Source of the DNA: Candidatus Moraniibacteriota bacterium
Lineage (GTDB): Bacteria; Patescibacteriota; Minisyncoccia; Moranbacterales; UBA1568
Direction: 5' to 3'
Assembly (NCBI GenBank): GCA_963743885.1
Contig: CAVURJ010000002.1
Coordinates: 369,706-433,705 of the forward strand
Length of the DNA: 64,000 nt
Below, in pieces: positions 9,226-20,079 of this stretch; position 1 is the stretch's first letter, and every line of letters begins with the position of its first letter. Under the pieces are notes generated by a model. The model was not told the DNA's origin. It saw only the letters and a list, made by a program, of their open reading frames with translations, and did not search any database. The position numbers were made by a program, and so were the translations under genes.

Positions 9226-10151
9226 TGAAAAAGACACTGCTTTTTTTTGCGAAGATTATCGTGAGCGTGGCGCTGGTGCTGTGGCTCATCGAGCGGGTCG
9301 ATTGGCCGACGGTCGGTGAGCACTTGCTCGGCGTCTCGTGGTGGCTGCTCATCCTCTATGTCGCGTTGCAGCTCTCTGGCAACCTGATATCGGTCAGCAA
9401 CTGGCGCAATATCGCCGGGTACAAGGGGCTTTCGTTCACAGTGAAGGAAGGTTTCTTCGCTTTCATGACCGGAGCATTCATCAATAATTTTCTGCCATCG
9501 ACCATCGGTGGGGATGCCTATCGTGGGCTGTGGCTCGCTCAGCACACTGGTGCGAAGGCGGCGTCGATTTCTACGGTTGTCTTCCATCGGTTCATCGGAC
9601 TCTGGACGACGGCGCTTCTTGCGGTCGTTTTCAGTCTCGTCCTCGCGGAACATATCCCCGGAAGTTTGCCACTTTTCATAACGCTTTTGGTCCTCATCGG
9701 ATTTCTTGTGATCGATCTTATCATCACGCTCTTCTTCCGCTGTGCGTGGTTCCAGCGGCTCATCGAGAGGATTCCATTTCATAAGGTGAGGCGACTACTC
9801 GATGAGATTGTTTCGTATACAAAGAAGGGTATCTGGATCGATACCGGGCTCCGGGCGGCCCTCTTCGCCTTCGTCGGTGTGGGACTGACCAATTTCACGC
9901 TTTTCCATGCTCTGGGGAGCACGGTCGCGTTTGTGCCGTTCCTCGCGGCGGTTTTCCTTGTGGTGATTGTGTCGAGCGTGCCAATCTCAATTGGTAATAT
10001 CGGCATCAAGGAATGGGCGTATATCACTTTTTTCGGTCTGATTGGGGTCAGTGCGGAGATAGCGGTGACGGTCGCGCTCCTTTCGCGCTTCATCCAGATG
10101 ATCATCTCGTTCGTTGCACTGCCACACTATTGGCGCACACGTGGGCAGTAG
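9225..10151 (+). CDS. Flippase-like / lysylphosphatidylglycerol-synthase-TM-family (UPF0104) membrane protein
   Basis: About 8 TM helices, 308 aa, overlapping the upstream GT4 stop (ATGA). Confidence 0.55.
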   Translation: MKKTLLFFAKIIVSVALVLWLIERVDWPTVGEHLLGVSWWLLILYVALQLSGNLISVSNWRNIAGYKGLSFTVKEGFFAFMTGAFINNFLPSTIGGDAYRGLWLAQHTGAKAASISTVVFHRFIGLWTTALLAVVFSLVLAEHIPGSLPLFITLLVLIGFLVIDLIITLFFRCAWFQRLIERIPFHKVRRLLDEIVSYTKKGIWIDTGLRAALFAFVGVGLTNFTLFHALGSTVAFVPFLAAVFLVVIVSSVPISIGNIGIKEWAYITFFGLIGVSAEIAVTVALLSRFIQMIISFVALPHYWRTRGQ

Positions 10152-10228
10152 AGAGTTTCTCGGGTTCACCTTGTAATCTCGTCATACCAGTGTTCACCAG
10201 ATGAGCAATTTCACAGGGTAAAAAAACA

Positions 10229-10266
10229 CCCCCGAGTTCTCTGTGAGAACCTGGGGGCTGTTGCTT
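10229..10266. terminator. Intrinsic terminator between convergent genes
   Basis: cccccgagttctctgtgagaacctggggg flanked by A/T runs. Confidence 0.55.
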
Positions 10267-10281
10267 TGCTGCGTCGTCCGA

Positions 10282-10812
10282 TCAGATGGCGCGCATCTCG
10301 GGGGTCATGACCAGATCTAGTGGGAGTAGCGGCTCGTCCCTGAAATGCCGTGGCCGGATACTGAAGGCCAGGTAGGTGGTCAGACTGATCACATGAGTCC
10401 TGCTGACAATGACCCCACGCTCCGCCGGGAGCAGCATCTCACGGTAGAGCACGTGGCCGAACCGCTGGTAATCGGCTTCATCAATCGGGCCGAATTGCCG
10501 CTTGATCGCTTCGAAGATGAACGCTTCCACTTCGGGCAGGAAGCGGGTGCCGCCCGAAATGATCGCGCGGTCCCCCTCATCGACGTTCGGGGTGAACTTC
10601 TTCAGGATGCCCTGGAAGGTTTCCAGGATAAACCGGCAAGCTTCTTCTTTGAACTGATTCGGATCAGCGTATGACTCACGCCATGCGGTGAGGTCGCCGG
10701 CTAAACCTTTTCCGTTCCGTGTTTCTTTGAGAAGCGTGACGAGCTCGTTGCTCGGGAAACCTGGGAGACAGCGGGCGATATCCATAGTGTTTTCTTTCTG
10801 GTCGATGACCAT
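10282..10812 (-). CDS. Hypothetical protein
   Basis: A 176-aa ORF with no recognisable motif. It is the last gene of a three-gene minus-strand block. Confidence 0.4.
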   Translation of the reverse strand: MVIDQKENTMDIARCLPGFPSNELVTLLKETRNGKGLAGDLTAWRESYADPNQFKEEACRFILETFQGILKKFTPNVDEGDRAIISGGTRFLPEVEAFIFEAIKRQFGPIDEADYQRFGHVLYREMLLPAERGVIVSRTHVISLTTYLAFSIRPRHFRDEPLLPLDLVMTPEMRAI

Positions 10813-11041
10813 AAGAGAGTAAGAGGGGGTGGCGCGGAGGCGTGTTTGGAAATTGTTCAGGTACTACGAAAACAATTCATTATAGCATAAAAAATGATAT
10901 GCGTCAATCAAAGTGGTGAATTTTGGCTTTGATAGAGCATGATTCGGTGTATATAAAGTATTCGAAACGGCTTTGAAAAAGCAAAACCCGCGTTGTCTCT
11001 TGTGAGAGATGACACGGGTCGAAGGTGCGTGGCCGATGCCA

Positions 11042-11539
11042 CTAGGCGATGTATGGCGCTGTTTCTGAATAGCAGCAGCCTATTGTTGGAGATTGCTTTT
11101 CGCGGATAACCAGCGTGTCGCCATCATAGTCGAAAGCGAGTTCATGGGTGCTGCCGATGGGGTAGGGTTTTCTGAGCGTGTACACCATCCAGGCCATGAG
11201 TTCGGAACCCATGAGCCCTAGGATCTTTTCCTCGTCGTGATGGCCGACGATTCCGAGCCGGTGGAGCATCTTAATCGCGAAATTATCGCTGGGTATGTCG
11301 CCGTCATCAATGATGGCGAGCTCTTTGTCGCCTAAGAAGTGCGCTATTTCGAGGAGCGTGCCGTCGAAATGATGCCAAAGCGTTTTCGTGAAATCCACGC
11401 TAATCCTGAAGTAGTCATGCTGTGCGTTATTTGAATGACTGGCAGCGTAGAGCAGACTGATTAGCTTGTGACTCGGAAAATCCTTGGCGCGTTCTCGGGT
11501 GTTATGGCGCGGCTTGCTAGTCGGTGCGCGTTTGTGCAT
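11042..11539 (-). CDS. Hypothetical protein (start revised to the internal ATG with an AAGGAG RBS)
   Basis: aaggagattctcATG at 11539, His-rich segment HRLGIVGHHDEE. Confidence 0.4.
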   Translation of the reverse strand: MHKRAPTSKPRHNTRERAKDFPSHKLISLLYAASHSNNAQHDYFRISVDFTKTLWHHFDGTLLEIAHFLGDKELAIIDDGDIPSDNFAIKMLHRLGIVGHHDEEKILGLMGSELMAWMVYTLRKPYPIGSTHELAFDYDGDTLVIREKQSPTIGCCYSETAPYIA

Positions 11540-11706
11540 GAGAATCTCCTTCGTGCGAAAGTTGGCGGGTGGTAAAGGAACTATGATTCGGATATGATAG
11601 CGCAGAATAGGCTTGGCGTCAATGCTATTTTCGGGTGATTCAGGGAAAGAAAAAGCCCCAACGATGATACGTGTCGGGGCGTTTCGCGGCAATGTCGCAG
11701 TTGGGG

Positions 11707-12171
11707 TCAGGCAGCATCCTGGAAATGATCAGCACGTTCGGCGAGAGCGAACGGGCAGAGGACTGCCATACAGCCGTTGTGGAAGGTGAAAGCGAATTTC
11801 TCGCCGACAACCTTGTCTTCGTGCATAGCGATTGGCCGGAGCTCTTGGTAGAGCTGGCTGATGAACCGGTCTTCGAAGTCCGGATGGACCTTGAATTCCC
11901 GCAGGAAGCAGATGACGAACGGCGTCATGGTCAGGCCGTCATTGTGCGACAACTGCACGCTATCGTGATTGCTGGCTTCCATGCTATGGATGGCGCTCTT
12001 GAGGGTGGCTTCGAGGCGTTGCCGGGTCATTTCGCGGAATGCGGAGGCGTTCCTTTTGAGGGCCTTTTTAGCGGTCATCTGGCCGCGCATGATCTCGTTC
12101 TCTGTCAGGAGGTCAAGGAATGCAACGCTGGGGGTCGTGACTGCCGGAACTGCCTTTTGTGCGTTGTGCAC
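11707..12171 (-). CDS. Hypothetical protein
   Basis: 154-aa ORF, co-oriented with the two genes downstream. Confidence 0.4.
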   Translation of the reverse strand: MHNAQKAVPAVTTPSVAFLDLLTENEIMRGQMTAKKALKRNASAFREMTRQRLEATLKSAIHSMEASNHDSVQLSHNDGLTMTPFVICFLREFKVHPDFEDRFISQLYQELRPIAMHEDKVVGEKFAFTFHNGCMAVLCPFALAERADHFQDAA

Positions 12172-12305
12172 GGTGGATCTCCTTCTGGTTGGCGCTACTG
12201 GTTGGAAAAGGTGCTACAAGTGAAGATGATACCACAGAATACCGTCTTGGTCAAGTGTTGGAAATGGTAGAAAAAACGGCTTGTTTTCGACCTATTTTTG
12301 AGGGG

Positions 12306-13959
12306 TTATTCCTTTATATAGCTGATAGCCGATTTTCGTACGCCTTTGCCGAGGCGGATCGAAGCGGATGGATATCCGGATCCGAAAGAGATATCCGATG
12401 ATTGGCTCCCTTCGATGAGGACGGATGGGCGGGAGGAGGATGGCTGGGAAGGATTCTTGAAGGCGGCGCTGCGCACATTAGTTGCGCGGATACTCGGCTG
12501 ATTCGTCGTCTTGATCTTGATATCCTCGAATCGTATGCCATCTACATTCCGTATACTTATCCCATTCTTCGATCGTGTCTGTATGTTCTCAAATGAGAGA
12601 TTTTGGACGAAGCTATCATCGGCTCCGACAATCAAAATTGCATCATTTGCCTGGGAACATGAGATGTTCTTGAATGAGATATTCCGGAAGACGGGTGGAC
12701 CAGTTGTTGTCGGCCGGACGACATTTTTGGAATCGTAGAACATGTTGAGGAAGATGGCTTCGGCTAAGATGTCATTCATTTTGATATCCTCCACCCAGAT
12801 ATTCTCGACGATCCCACCTCGTCCGGGCGCTGATTTTATCCGGAAACCTCTTTTCGTGCCATCGAAACGGCACTGCGCTACAGAGACGTTCTTCACTCCT
12901 CCGGACATCTCGCTTCCGATGACGATGCCTCCGTTCCCTCGGCCGACCGTACAATCTCTGATGATAATGTTTTCCGACGGGATACCGACGCGCTGGCCGT
13001 CCTTGTCGACTCCGGATTTGATCACGATGGCATCATCTTCCGTGTCGAGACGTACCCGTTCGATGAGGACATTTTTCGAGGAATCGATGACGATTCCGTC
13101 ATTGTTCGGGCCGTCTGTCTCTACAGTCACGTCGCGGATGAGGATATCTTCGGAATAGAGCGGGTGGATGGTCCACATGGGACCGTTCTTGGCTGTGAAT
13201 CCTTCGAGTCTGATCCGTTCGCAGTCGACGAACTGGATGAGCGAAGGGCGGAGACCGTCGTCTATCGTCCCGAATACCCGTTCTTCCGCGGGGACGCCGG
13301 CATCGGAGAGAGCGTAGAGCCTTTTCGTTCCTGAGAGTTGCCATCGTTTCCAATCCCACCAGGATTGGCCTCGGCCGTCAATCAGGCCTTTGCCGGTGAT
13401 GGTGATGTCGTGGCAGCCGTGCGCGTAGATGAATGGGGAATAGTTGTAGAGCTCTATCCCCTCATAACGCGAGAAGACGGGCGGCAGGTAGTCCGCAGGA
13501 TCCTCGGCTGAAGAGGAGCTCGGCTCCTTCTGAGATATCGAGACGGATATTACTCTCTAGGCGGATCGGTCCGGTCACGAAGCGGCCAGCCGGGATGCGC
13601 ACAGTCCCGCCTCCGTCGCCCGAGCAGTCGTTCAAAGCGAGCGCGATCGCTTTGGTGTTTGATGTCTCTCCATCACCGATAGCGCCATAGGCATCGATCG
13701 AACAGACGCGGTCGAGAGTCTCGAAGAGGCGCATCGGAGGCATTTCGAATGGCAAGACATAAGCGCTCCAATCTTCTGAGAAGGCGACAATCCTCTCTTT
13801 CGGTATCTCATCTGACTGATGGATAGAAAATGCTGCCAGGGTCAAAAAGAGTACGAGCGAGGCGGTCTGGAGGAGGAGTATCTGTGTCCGCACCCGTTTT
13901 CTTTCTGAATCGTTTTTTCTTTTGTGGAGGTAGTTTTTGCAGGTAGCAAATATTCCCAT
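12306..13959 (-). pseudogene. Glycoside hydrolase family 28 (polygalacturonase-like beta-helix) gene with a single frameshift near 13500
   Basis: The N-terminal ORF (13462-13959) carries a signal/TM helix and DAYGAIGDG..GGGTVRIPAG..TGPIRL. The downstream frame reads PADYLPPVFSRYEGIELYNYSPFIYAHGCHDITITG ... NNDGIVIDSS. The break lies at ...LLFSAEDPADY. Confidence 0.6.
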
Positions 13960-13985
13960 AGCATGCGGAGAATACCTATCTTGGA

Positions 13986-15830
13986 TTATGGCAGCTTCAC
14001 AATCTTGATGAAGTTGCCTGGGCGGCTATCTACCCAAAGCTGCCAGGCTGGATCGGATATATCGTAGTAGCGGTAGGCGGTGAGGCCAGAGAGTCGCTCC
14101 CAACGGTCTGCACGCGACATGTAGCGGATCTTGCCGCGGCGGGTCAGGACGTAGTAGTCCGGCTGTATGATGGCCGGGTCGAAGGTATAGGCAGTCAGGC
14201 AGCGGCCGACGAAGAATTCGCAGACGCCGTAGTAGTCGCTCCAGATAGTGAGATGCTCCGCATCGGGAAGCGAATTGAGATACTGTGCTGCCTCGTAGCC
14301 GCCGTAGCCCCATGCGTCATGGATGAGTGCGTCCTCCGGTAGAAGGGCGTTCGCGTAGTTGAAATAGAACGGTTTGATGGCAGAGAGGCTTGCGATCGAA
14401 CCGAGGAAGATGATTGCGGTGGCGAGGGTTTTTGTAGGAACTTTCGGGAAACGTCCGAGGGTGTGACAGGCTTCCTGGATGCCGAGTGCGGCGAGGAAGG
14501 CGAAGACCGGATAGAGGAGGATGCTATAGCGTGGCGTAGCGAGGACGTTGGAGAGGATGAGGAGGATGGAATAGGCAAACGCGAGAAAGAGCAGGCTCTG
14601 AGCCGGGAAACGACATTCCCCGCCTCGTTTCCGCATCATCGCTGCGAAGAGTATGAGGCAGCCGAGGAGCATGATGGGCGTGAAGGAGAAGACGAGTGGA
14701 TTCCACTCCATGATGAAGGCCTCGGAGAAGTTTGGGATATCGGTCACGTAGCGGGCGTCGCTTAAGTCCTTGATATCGAAGGGGATGATGGCAAAGATAC
14801 TCCATTCTGGGAAGAGATGACGGACAGCGATCAATCCAATGAAGACCGCGAAGAAGATAGCTGGCAGGAGCATGTGCGCGAACCGGAGGCGTGCGAGACT
14901 TCGGCGTAGCAAGAGAAGTAGCTTGTTTCCGAAAGCGAAGGTGTCGATGAGGAAGAGCGAGAGGAATGTCACTGCGACCGCTGCGAAAGCGGTCTTGTTG
15001 TGTACGGTCGCGAAGAGTCCAAAGGCATACTTGGAATCGATGAGGAGTGCTGGTAGAAAGAGGCAGAGAAGCGCGATCGATATCGTCGCGATGCCGGTCC
15101 AGGCGAGGAAATCTCGCTTCAGCCGAGCCGAAAGCTCATGAATATCAGTGATATGTCCGTCGAAGAGGAAGCGCGAGACGATGAGTATAAGGAAGAATGG
15201 CAGGAGGATGAAGGCGGCGTATTTGGCGAGGAGTGCGAAGCCGAGGAAGATTGCTGTTAGCCAGAAGTATCTCTTCTCGCCAATCTTGAGGAAGGCGAGA
15301 TATGAGAAGATGGCTGCTCCGCCGATCGACCAGAGGAGCGAATCGGGGTTGATGATCTGTGAGATGCCGAGAAGGATCGGCGAGAGCGCGGAAAATGCCG
15401 TCGTCCAGAGAGCGACCCATGGGCCAGCGACCCGGCCGATGATCCAGAAGAGATAGATGAGCAGTAGTCCGTTTATGATGAGGATCGGCAGCCGGAAGAT
15501 CGTATAGAGCGATTCGGTGCTGTTGATATCATAAGCGAGTGTGCGGTCCTGGTTTTCGGAGGAATGCTTTTCCGGATGCGGCTCAGAGAGGAGGCCGACG
15601 CCTGAGACGAGCGCGAGCGTGACGCCCGGCTTGTCATTGATGAAGGTTTTCTTCCAGTTCTGGTTGGTGATGGCGTCCCAGTACTGCGGGATGCGCTCTT
15701 CTACCCAGTAGTGCTCATCAGCCGTGATGAACTGGCCGATATGATGCAGTCCGAACGCGAGGTACGCGGCGATGATAGCCGTGAGCGCGAACGAAAAACG
15801 ATGCCTTGTGATGAAGGGGGGAATATTCAT
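13986..15830 (-). CDS. GT-C-fold membrane glycosyltransferase (ArnT/PMT-like, GT39/GT83-type)
   Basis: About 12 TM helices, a first-loop ADEHYW motif, and a C-terminal soluble domain. Paralogous to 15840-18161. Confidence 0.65.
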   Translation of the reverse strand: MNIPPFITRHRFSFALTAIIAAYLAFGLHHIGQFITADEHYWVEERIPQYWDAITNQNWKKTFINDKPGVTLALVSGVGLLSEPHPEKHSSENQDRTLAYDINSTESLYTIFRLPILIINGLLLIYLFWIIGRVAGPWVALWTTAFSALSPILLGISQIINPDSLLWSIGGAAIFSYLAFLKIGEKRYFWLTAIFLGFALLAKYAAFILLPFFLILIVSRFLFDGHITDIHELSARLKRDFLAWTGIATISIALLCLFLPALLIDSKYAFGLFATVHNKTAFAAVAVTFLSLFLIDTFAFGNKLLLLLRRSLARLRFAHMLLPAIFFAVFIGLIAVRHLFPEWSIFAIIPFDIKDLSDARYVTDIPNFSEAFIMEWNPLVFSFTPIMLLGCLILFAAMMRKRGGECRFPAQSLLFLAFAYSILLILSNVLATPRYSILLYPVFAFLAALGIQEACHTLGRFPKVPTKTLATAIIFLGSIASLSAIKPFYFNYANALLPEDALIHDAWGYGGYEAAQYLNSLPDAEHLTIWSDYYGVCEFFVGRCLTAYTFDPAIIQPDYYVLTRRGKIRYMSRADRWERLSGLTAYRYYDISDPAWQLWVDSRPGNFIKIVKLP

Positions 15831-15839
15831 GGAGGATTA

Positions 15840-18161
15840 CTATTCTTCGAACTTGAAGATCTTGACGAAGTGGCTCCGGCGGTTGTTGATATCGATCTCG
15901 TGGGCGGTATCAGTACGATCGTAGTATTGGTCGAAGCGGATGAGCCCAGGTTTCTGGCTGAGGATATCTCCGGACATCATCTTGCTGGTACGGCTCTCAC
16001 GTCCGGCTGAGACGACGAGGTAGTCGAGGCCGTCCGTGCGGAGCTTCTGGTAGTCGCGGCCACGCTTGCAGCGGCCGACGAAGAACTTGCAGACACCATC
16101 CTTGTCGGTCCAGATGAGCATATTCTCGGCGTCAGGGCGGCTGTTGAGCCACATGGCGGCCTCGTAGCTACCGGCGCCCATATCTTTGACGTCGATATGG
16201 TAGGTGGCTGGGAGCGCAGTCGAGGCGTACGAGAGCGGATGCGGCGCAAAGAGGAGCGAGATGGTGCCGAGGAAAATGACGGCGGATGCGGCGAAGACCG
16301 GTGTCGGCATATCTTTGACACCGAGGCGCTTGTGGATGAGGACGAGGAGATGCTCAAGCGCGATACCTGAGACGATGGCTGCTATCGGGAAGAGGATCAC
16401 TTGGTAGCGGACGATGGAAGCGACGCCGTTGACCGTGGCGCCGAGGTAATAGAGCAGAATGAAGACGACGAGGTAGAGCGCGGTGCGGAGGGCGACGGAT
16501 TCGAAGAAGCTTTTCTTGAGGAAGAAGAATGGCGCAGCGAGGAGCGCGAGGAGCGAGAGCGGCGTGATGCCGAAGAGGAGCGGATAGAAGTTGGTCAAAA
16601 AGACGCCAATGAAGTCACTCCTGGTCGCGATGGTCTTTGGGGAGGCGAGGAGGTCCATGAAATCATACGGCCGCATGCCCGCCCAAACGTCGATGATCGT
16701 GAAGAGGGCGGCGCCGAGGAAGACGATGGCGACCGAGGCGGCGATAGAGCGTTTGAAGCGGACAAAGAGCTCGGCTAGTCCCGTGGTGATGCGCGAGCGG
16801 TTGAGCCACTGGTCGAGGAAGATGGCGATTGCGAGGACAGCGAAGACTGGCGCGACCTTCTCGAAGGCTTGGCTCATGATGGTGCCGTCGAGGAGCTTGG
16901 CTGGTTTGACCCAGACGGCTGGGAAGAGGAGATAGAAGGTGGCGAGGGCGGAGAAAGTGAGGATGGCGAGGTGCTTGAGGGAACGCTTGAGATGATCGGC
17001 GAAGGCGATGACGGAGTATTTCCGGTCGAAGAGGTATTCAAGGAAGATCAGGCCGAGGAAGTAGACGAAGAGGATGTTGGCGATGTACTTCGTGAGGAGC
17101 GCGAGACCGAGAAAGATGCCGGAGAAGACGAGGTAGCGGAAAAAGCCGCGTTTGCGGAAGACAAGATAGGAGATGAGCGAGAGCGGTGTGAAGAGCCAGA
17201 GGAGCGAGTCGGGGTTGATGATCTTGGACATGCCGATGAGGATCGGCGATGTGGCGAGGAAAGCGAAGGCGAAGAGCGCGCTCCGCCGTCCTATGAGGCG
17301 CTCAAGGAAGAAATAGAAGAGCGGGAGCATGAGCGTGATGAAGAGGAGCTCCGGGAAACGGAAGGCGAAATAGTAGCTCTCAACGTCATTCTTCAGGTTG
17401 AGCACCTCGCCCTGATAGTGGACGGTCTTGAATTCCTTGGAGCTCTTGAAGAGCGTGCCGGGACCGGTGACGAGTGCGACAGTGATGCCAGGTTTGTCGC
17501 TGATCGAGGTGCTGCGCCAGTCATGCTCGCCGATGTTCTTCCAGTACTTGTGGATGCGTCCGTCGAGCCAGAGTGGTTCGTCGACCGCAGCGTACTTGGT
17601 AAGACCCGAGAAGCCGAAGGAGAAGAAAAGCATCGTCGCGAAGAGGACGAGAAGGAGTGTTGGTAAGCCTTGGGCGCGGAGCCATTCCTTGCATGAGAGG
17701 GCTTCTGGATCTCTCTCCTCGGCCCCGCGTTCCTTCATGATGGTGTAGGCGGAGATGAGCGTCCCGGCAAGGAGAGTATAGGCGCCGACCGCTACCATGA
17801 AGACGTAATGGAAATTTTTGGATTCCGAGAGGCCATAGGTGAGGATGACGGTCGCAGGTAGCCAGATGAGGAGTGCGGCCGAGAGAGAACGCTTCCAGTC
17901 GAAATGCGTGGAGAAATAGGCGATGGCGCCTACGGTCAGTGCTCCGAGGACAGAGAAGAGGGCATAGAAGACATCATTATCAGCCGAGGTCTTGAAGAAG
18001 CTCAGGGCAGGGGTCTGCTTTGCAGCGAAGAAGAAGGTGTTCACGGCAGCGAGTGTCGCTAGGGCAGTGTAGACACGGTTTTCGAGGGTATCGAAAAAGG
18101 CTTGCATAGAAGCTTGCTTATGGGATAAAAGGGGGATACAATACGCTTGTACTAGAGACAA
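15840..18161 (-). CDS. GT-C-fold membrane glycosyltransferase (ArnT/PMT-like), longer paralog
   Basis: The block DEPLWLDGRIHKYWKNIGEHDWRSTSISDKPGITVALVTG aligns to DEHYWVEERIPQYWDAITNQNWKKTFINDKPGVTLALVSG of the upstream gene. Confidence 0.65.
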   Translation of the reverse strand: MSLVQAYCIPLLSHKQASMQAFFDTLENRVYTALATLAAVNTFFFAAKQTPALSFFKTSADNDVFYALFSVLGALTVGAIAYFSTHFDWKRSLSAALLIWLPATVILTYGLSESKNFHYVFMVAVGAYTLLAGTLISAYTIMKERGAEERDPEALSCKEWLRAQGLPTLLLVLFATMLFFSFGFSGLTKYAAVDEPLWLDGRIHKYWKNIGEHDWRSTSISDKPGITVALVTGPGTLFKSSKEFKTVHYQGEVLNLKNDVESYYFAFRFPELLFITLMLPLFYFFLERLIGRRSALFAFAFLATSPILIGMSKIINPDSLLWLFTPLSLISYLVFRKRGFFRYLVFSGIFLGLALLTKYIANILFVYFLGLIFLEYLFDRKYSVIAFADHLKRSLKHLAILTFSALATFYLLFPAVWVKPAKLLDGTIMSQAFEKVAPVFAVLAIAIFLDQWLNRSRITTGLAELFVRFKRSIAASVAIVFLGAALFTIIDVWAGMRPYDFMDLLASPKTIATRSDFIGVFLTNFYPLLFGITPLSLLALLAAPFFFLKKSFFESVALRTALYLVVFILLYYLGATVNGVASIVRYQVILFPIAAIVSGIALEHLLVLIHKRLGVKDMPTPVFAASAVIFLGTISLLFAPHPLSYASTALPATYHIDVKDMGAGSYEAAMWLNSRPDAENMLIWTDKDGVCKFFVGRCKRGRDYQKLRTDGLDYLVVSAGRESRTSKMMSGDILSQKPGLIRFDQYYDRTDTAHEIDINNRRSHFVKIFKFEE

Positions 18162-18212
18162 AAGAACCCGGACTTTTCCCGTATTTTAGCTCAGATTTCG
18201 CAAAAAAGAAAG

Positions 18213-20027
18213 ATGTTTGATTTCTCTTCGAAACGCACCGTTTTTCTCGTTCTCGTAGCGATCATCGCTCTTGGATTTTTTTTACGCGCCTATCATTTCC
18301 CCGATTGGCTGCATTTTGAGCTCGACCAGGCTCGGGACGCGCGTATCGCGGATGATGGTCTCCGGGGAGGTTTCTTCGATTTGCCACTCCTCGGTCCCAA
18401 GGCGGGTGGGACGGTGCTCCGGCTGCCGCCTGGATTCTACTATCTCGAATATCTGAGCGCGGTCGTCTTTGGCGGGACGCCGTATGGCATGGCGGCTTTC
18501 GTCATGATCCTTTCCGTGCTTTCGATTCCAATCTTTTACCTCTTTGTGCGGCGTTTCTTCTCTGTGAAGCTTGGGCTCCTGCTCACGTTCCTCTTCTCGG
18601 TCTCAGAATTCTTCGTTATGTACGGGCGCTTCGCCTGGAATCCGAACGTTATCCCGTTCTTTGCACTCCTCGGCTTCTACGCACTCCTCCGTGCTGCTGA
18701 TCACGAGGAATCACGGCGGGGCCGCTGGTTTCTCTTGTCCGCTTTCGCACTCGCGCTCGCGATGCAGATGCACTCGCTCGCTTTCGTGGCGATACCGATC
18801 ATCACGTTTGCATTCCTCGCTCTCCGGCGTCCGCGAATCCACTGGAAGGCCTGGCTCGGAGCAGCGGTTATCGTTTCGGTTCTTTACCTGCCGATGATTC
18901 TCAATGAGATCGAGACGGGCTTTGCCAATTCCAAAGCGTTCGTCAGTGCGACGACGGAGAAGTCTTCCAAGAATGACCACTCTCTTGCTGAGAAGGCGAT
19001 TCGTGATGTGGCGGAGCATGCTATGCACGGCGTCGTTATCCTGACTGGTTTCGAAGGGACGACTTTTCCAGTCATCAAATTCCATACGAAAGAAGGGGAG
19101 TTCGTCGGTTGGGCCTGTGATGCGCGCTGCGACCGTGGCAAGTGGTATGGCGTCGCGGCCGTCCTTATGCTACTCGCTTCAATCGTCGCGCTCGTGACGC
19201 TCTGGTGGAGAGAATCTGTGCGGCGAAAATCGGATTTCTTGCTGCTTTCCGGTCTCTGGTTTGCTGTCTCTTTCACACTTTTCCTTCCGCTCGCCTATGA
19301 TATGGCGCCACGCTTTTTCCTTGTTTCTGGCCCGGTTTTCTTTGTCCTTATCGGGGCGCTGCTTTTCGCTCTGAAGAGCCTTTTTGGAGAGCGGAAGATT
19401 GGCCGACAGGTCGTCTTTTGGGCGATCGTACTGCTCGCGCTATCAAATCTTTCATCGCTTCAGGCGCGCTTTGATGAGATCGACCGGTCACAGACGGAAG
19501 CGTATGACAGTCCGCCGGACCGTATCCTCAAGGAGCGCATCCGCGTGACGCTCGCGCAAGAGGAGAATATCGTTGATTTCCTGGGCGCGCGTTCGCAAGA
19601 GACTGGCTATCCGGTCTATATGTGGAGCGAGCCGCAGTATCGCCGGGCGCTCAAGTATCTTATGGAGAAGCGCGGGATAGAGAATGCCGTGCTCGGGTTC
19701 GATGGTGTGTACCAAGAAGGTGTGTACTACATGGTCCTGCGTGCGCAGTCGGATCTTGAGGATGCAGTCGCGAAGTATCGGACGAGTTATGAGATCGGAC
19801 AGACGACCTCGTTCGGGACGCTGGTCGCCGTGGAACTCTTCCCGAAGCCTCAGGCGATCCAGGGGCAGCAACAGGATTTCTCGAAGCCGAAGCTGAATGA
19901 TTCACAGGGATTGCCGCGCTATACGTGGCGTGAATTTTTCCAGAACCGCGCGGCGACCGGCGCCGATGATGATCGTCCGGATGATCCTGATGAAGAAACG
20001 GCGGCAGATGATGAAGAAGGAGCGTAA
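18213..20027 (+). CDS. GT-C-fold membrane glycosyltransferase (ArnT-like) with an acidic C-terminal tail
   Basis: N-terminal TM helix, then FELDQARDARIADDG..FFDLPLLGPKAGG loop, multiple TM helices, and the C-terminal tail DDDRPDDPDEETAADDEEGA. Confidence 0.65.
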   Translation: MFDFSSKRTVFLVLVAIIALGFFLRAYHFPDWLHFELDQARDARIADDGLRGGFFDLPLLGPKAGGTVLRLPPGFYYLEYLSAVVFGGTPYGMAAFVMILSVLSIPIFYLFVRRFFSVKLGLLLTFLFSVSEFFVMYGRFAWNPNVIPFFALLGFYALLRAADHEESRRGRWFLLSAFALALAMQMHSLAFVAIPIITFAFLALRRPRIHWKAWLGAAVIVSVLYLPMILNEIETGFANSKAFVSATTEKSSKNDHSLAEKAIRDVAEHAMHGVVILTGFEGTTFPVIKFHTKEGEFVGWACDARCDRGKWYGVAAVLMLLASIVALVTLWWRESVRRKSDFLLLSGLWFAVSFTLFLPLAYDMAPRFFLVSGPVFFVLIGALLFALKSLFGERKIGRQVVFWAIVLLALSNLSSLQARFDEIDRSQTEAYDSPPDRILKERIRVTLAQEENIVDFLGARSQETGYPVYMWSEPQYRRALKYLMEKRGIENAVLGFDGVYQEGVYYMVLRAQSDLEDAVAKYRTSYEIGQTTSFGTLVAVELFPKPQAIQGQQQDFSKPKLNDSQGLPRYTWREFFQNRAATGADDDRPDDPDEETAADDEEGA

Positions 20028-20079
20028 AGAGAAGAAACAAGATACAAGAGGCAAGATATAAGACGTAAGAGATAAGAAT

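Noticed and set aside
12172-12305. Possible small gene or regulatory element between the hypothetical operon and GH28
   Set aside because: The region has no ORF, repeat or convincing hairpin.
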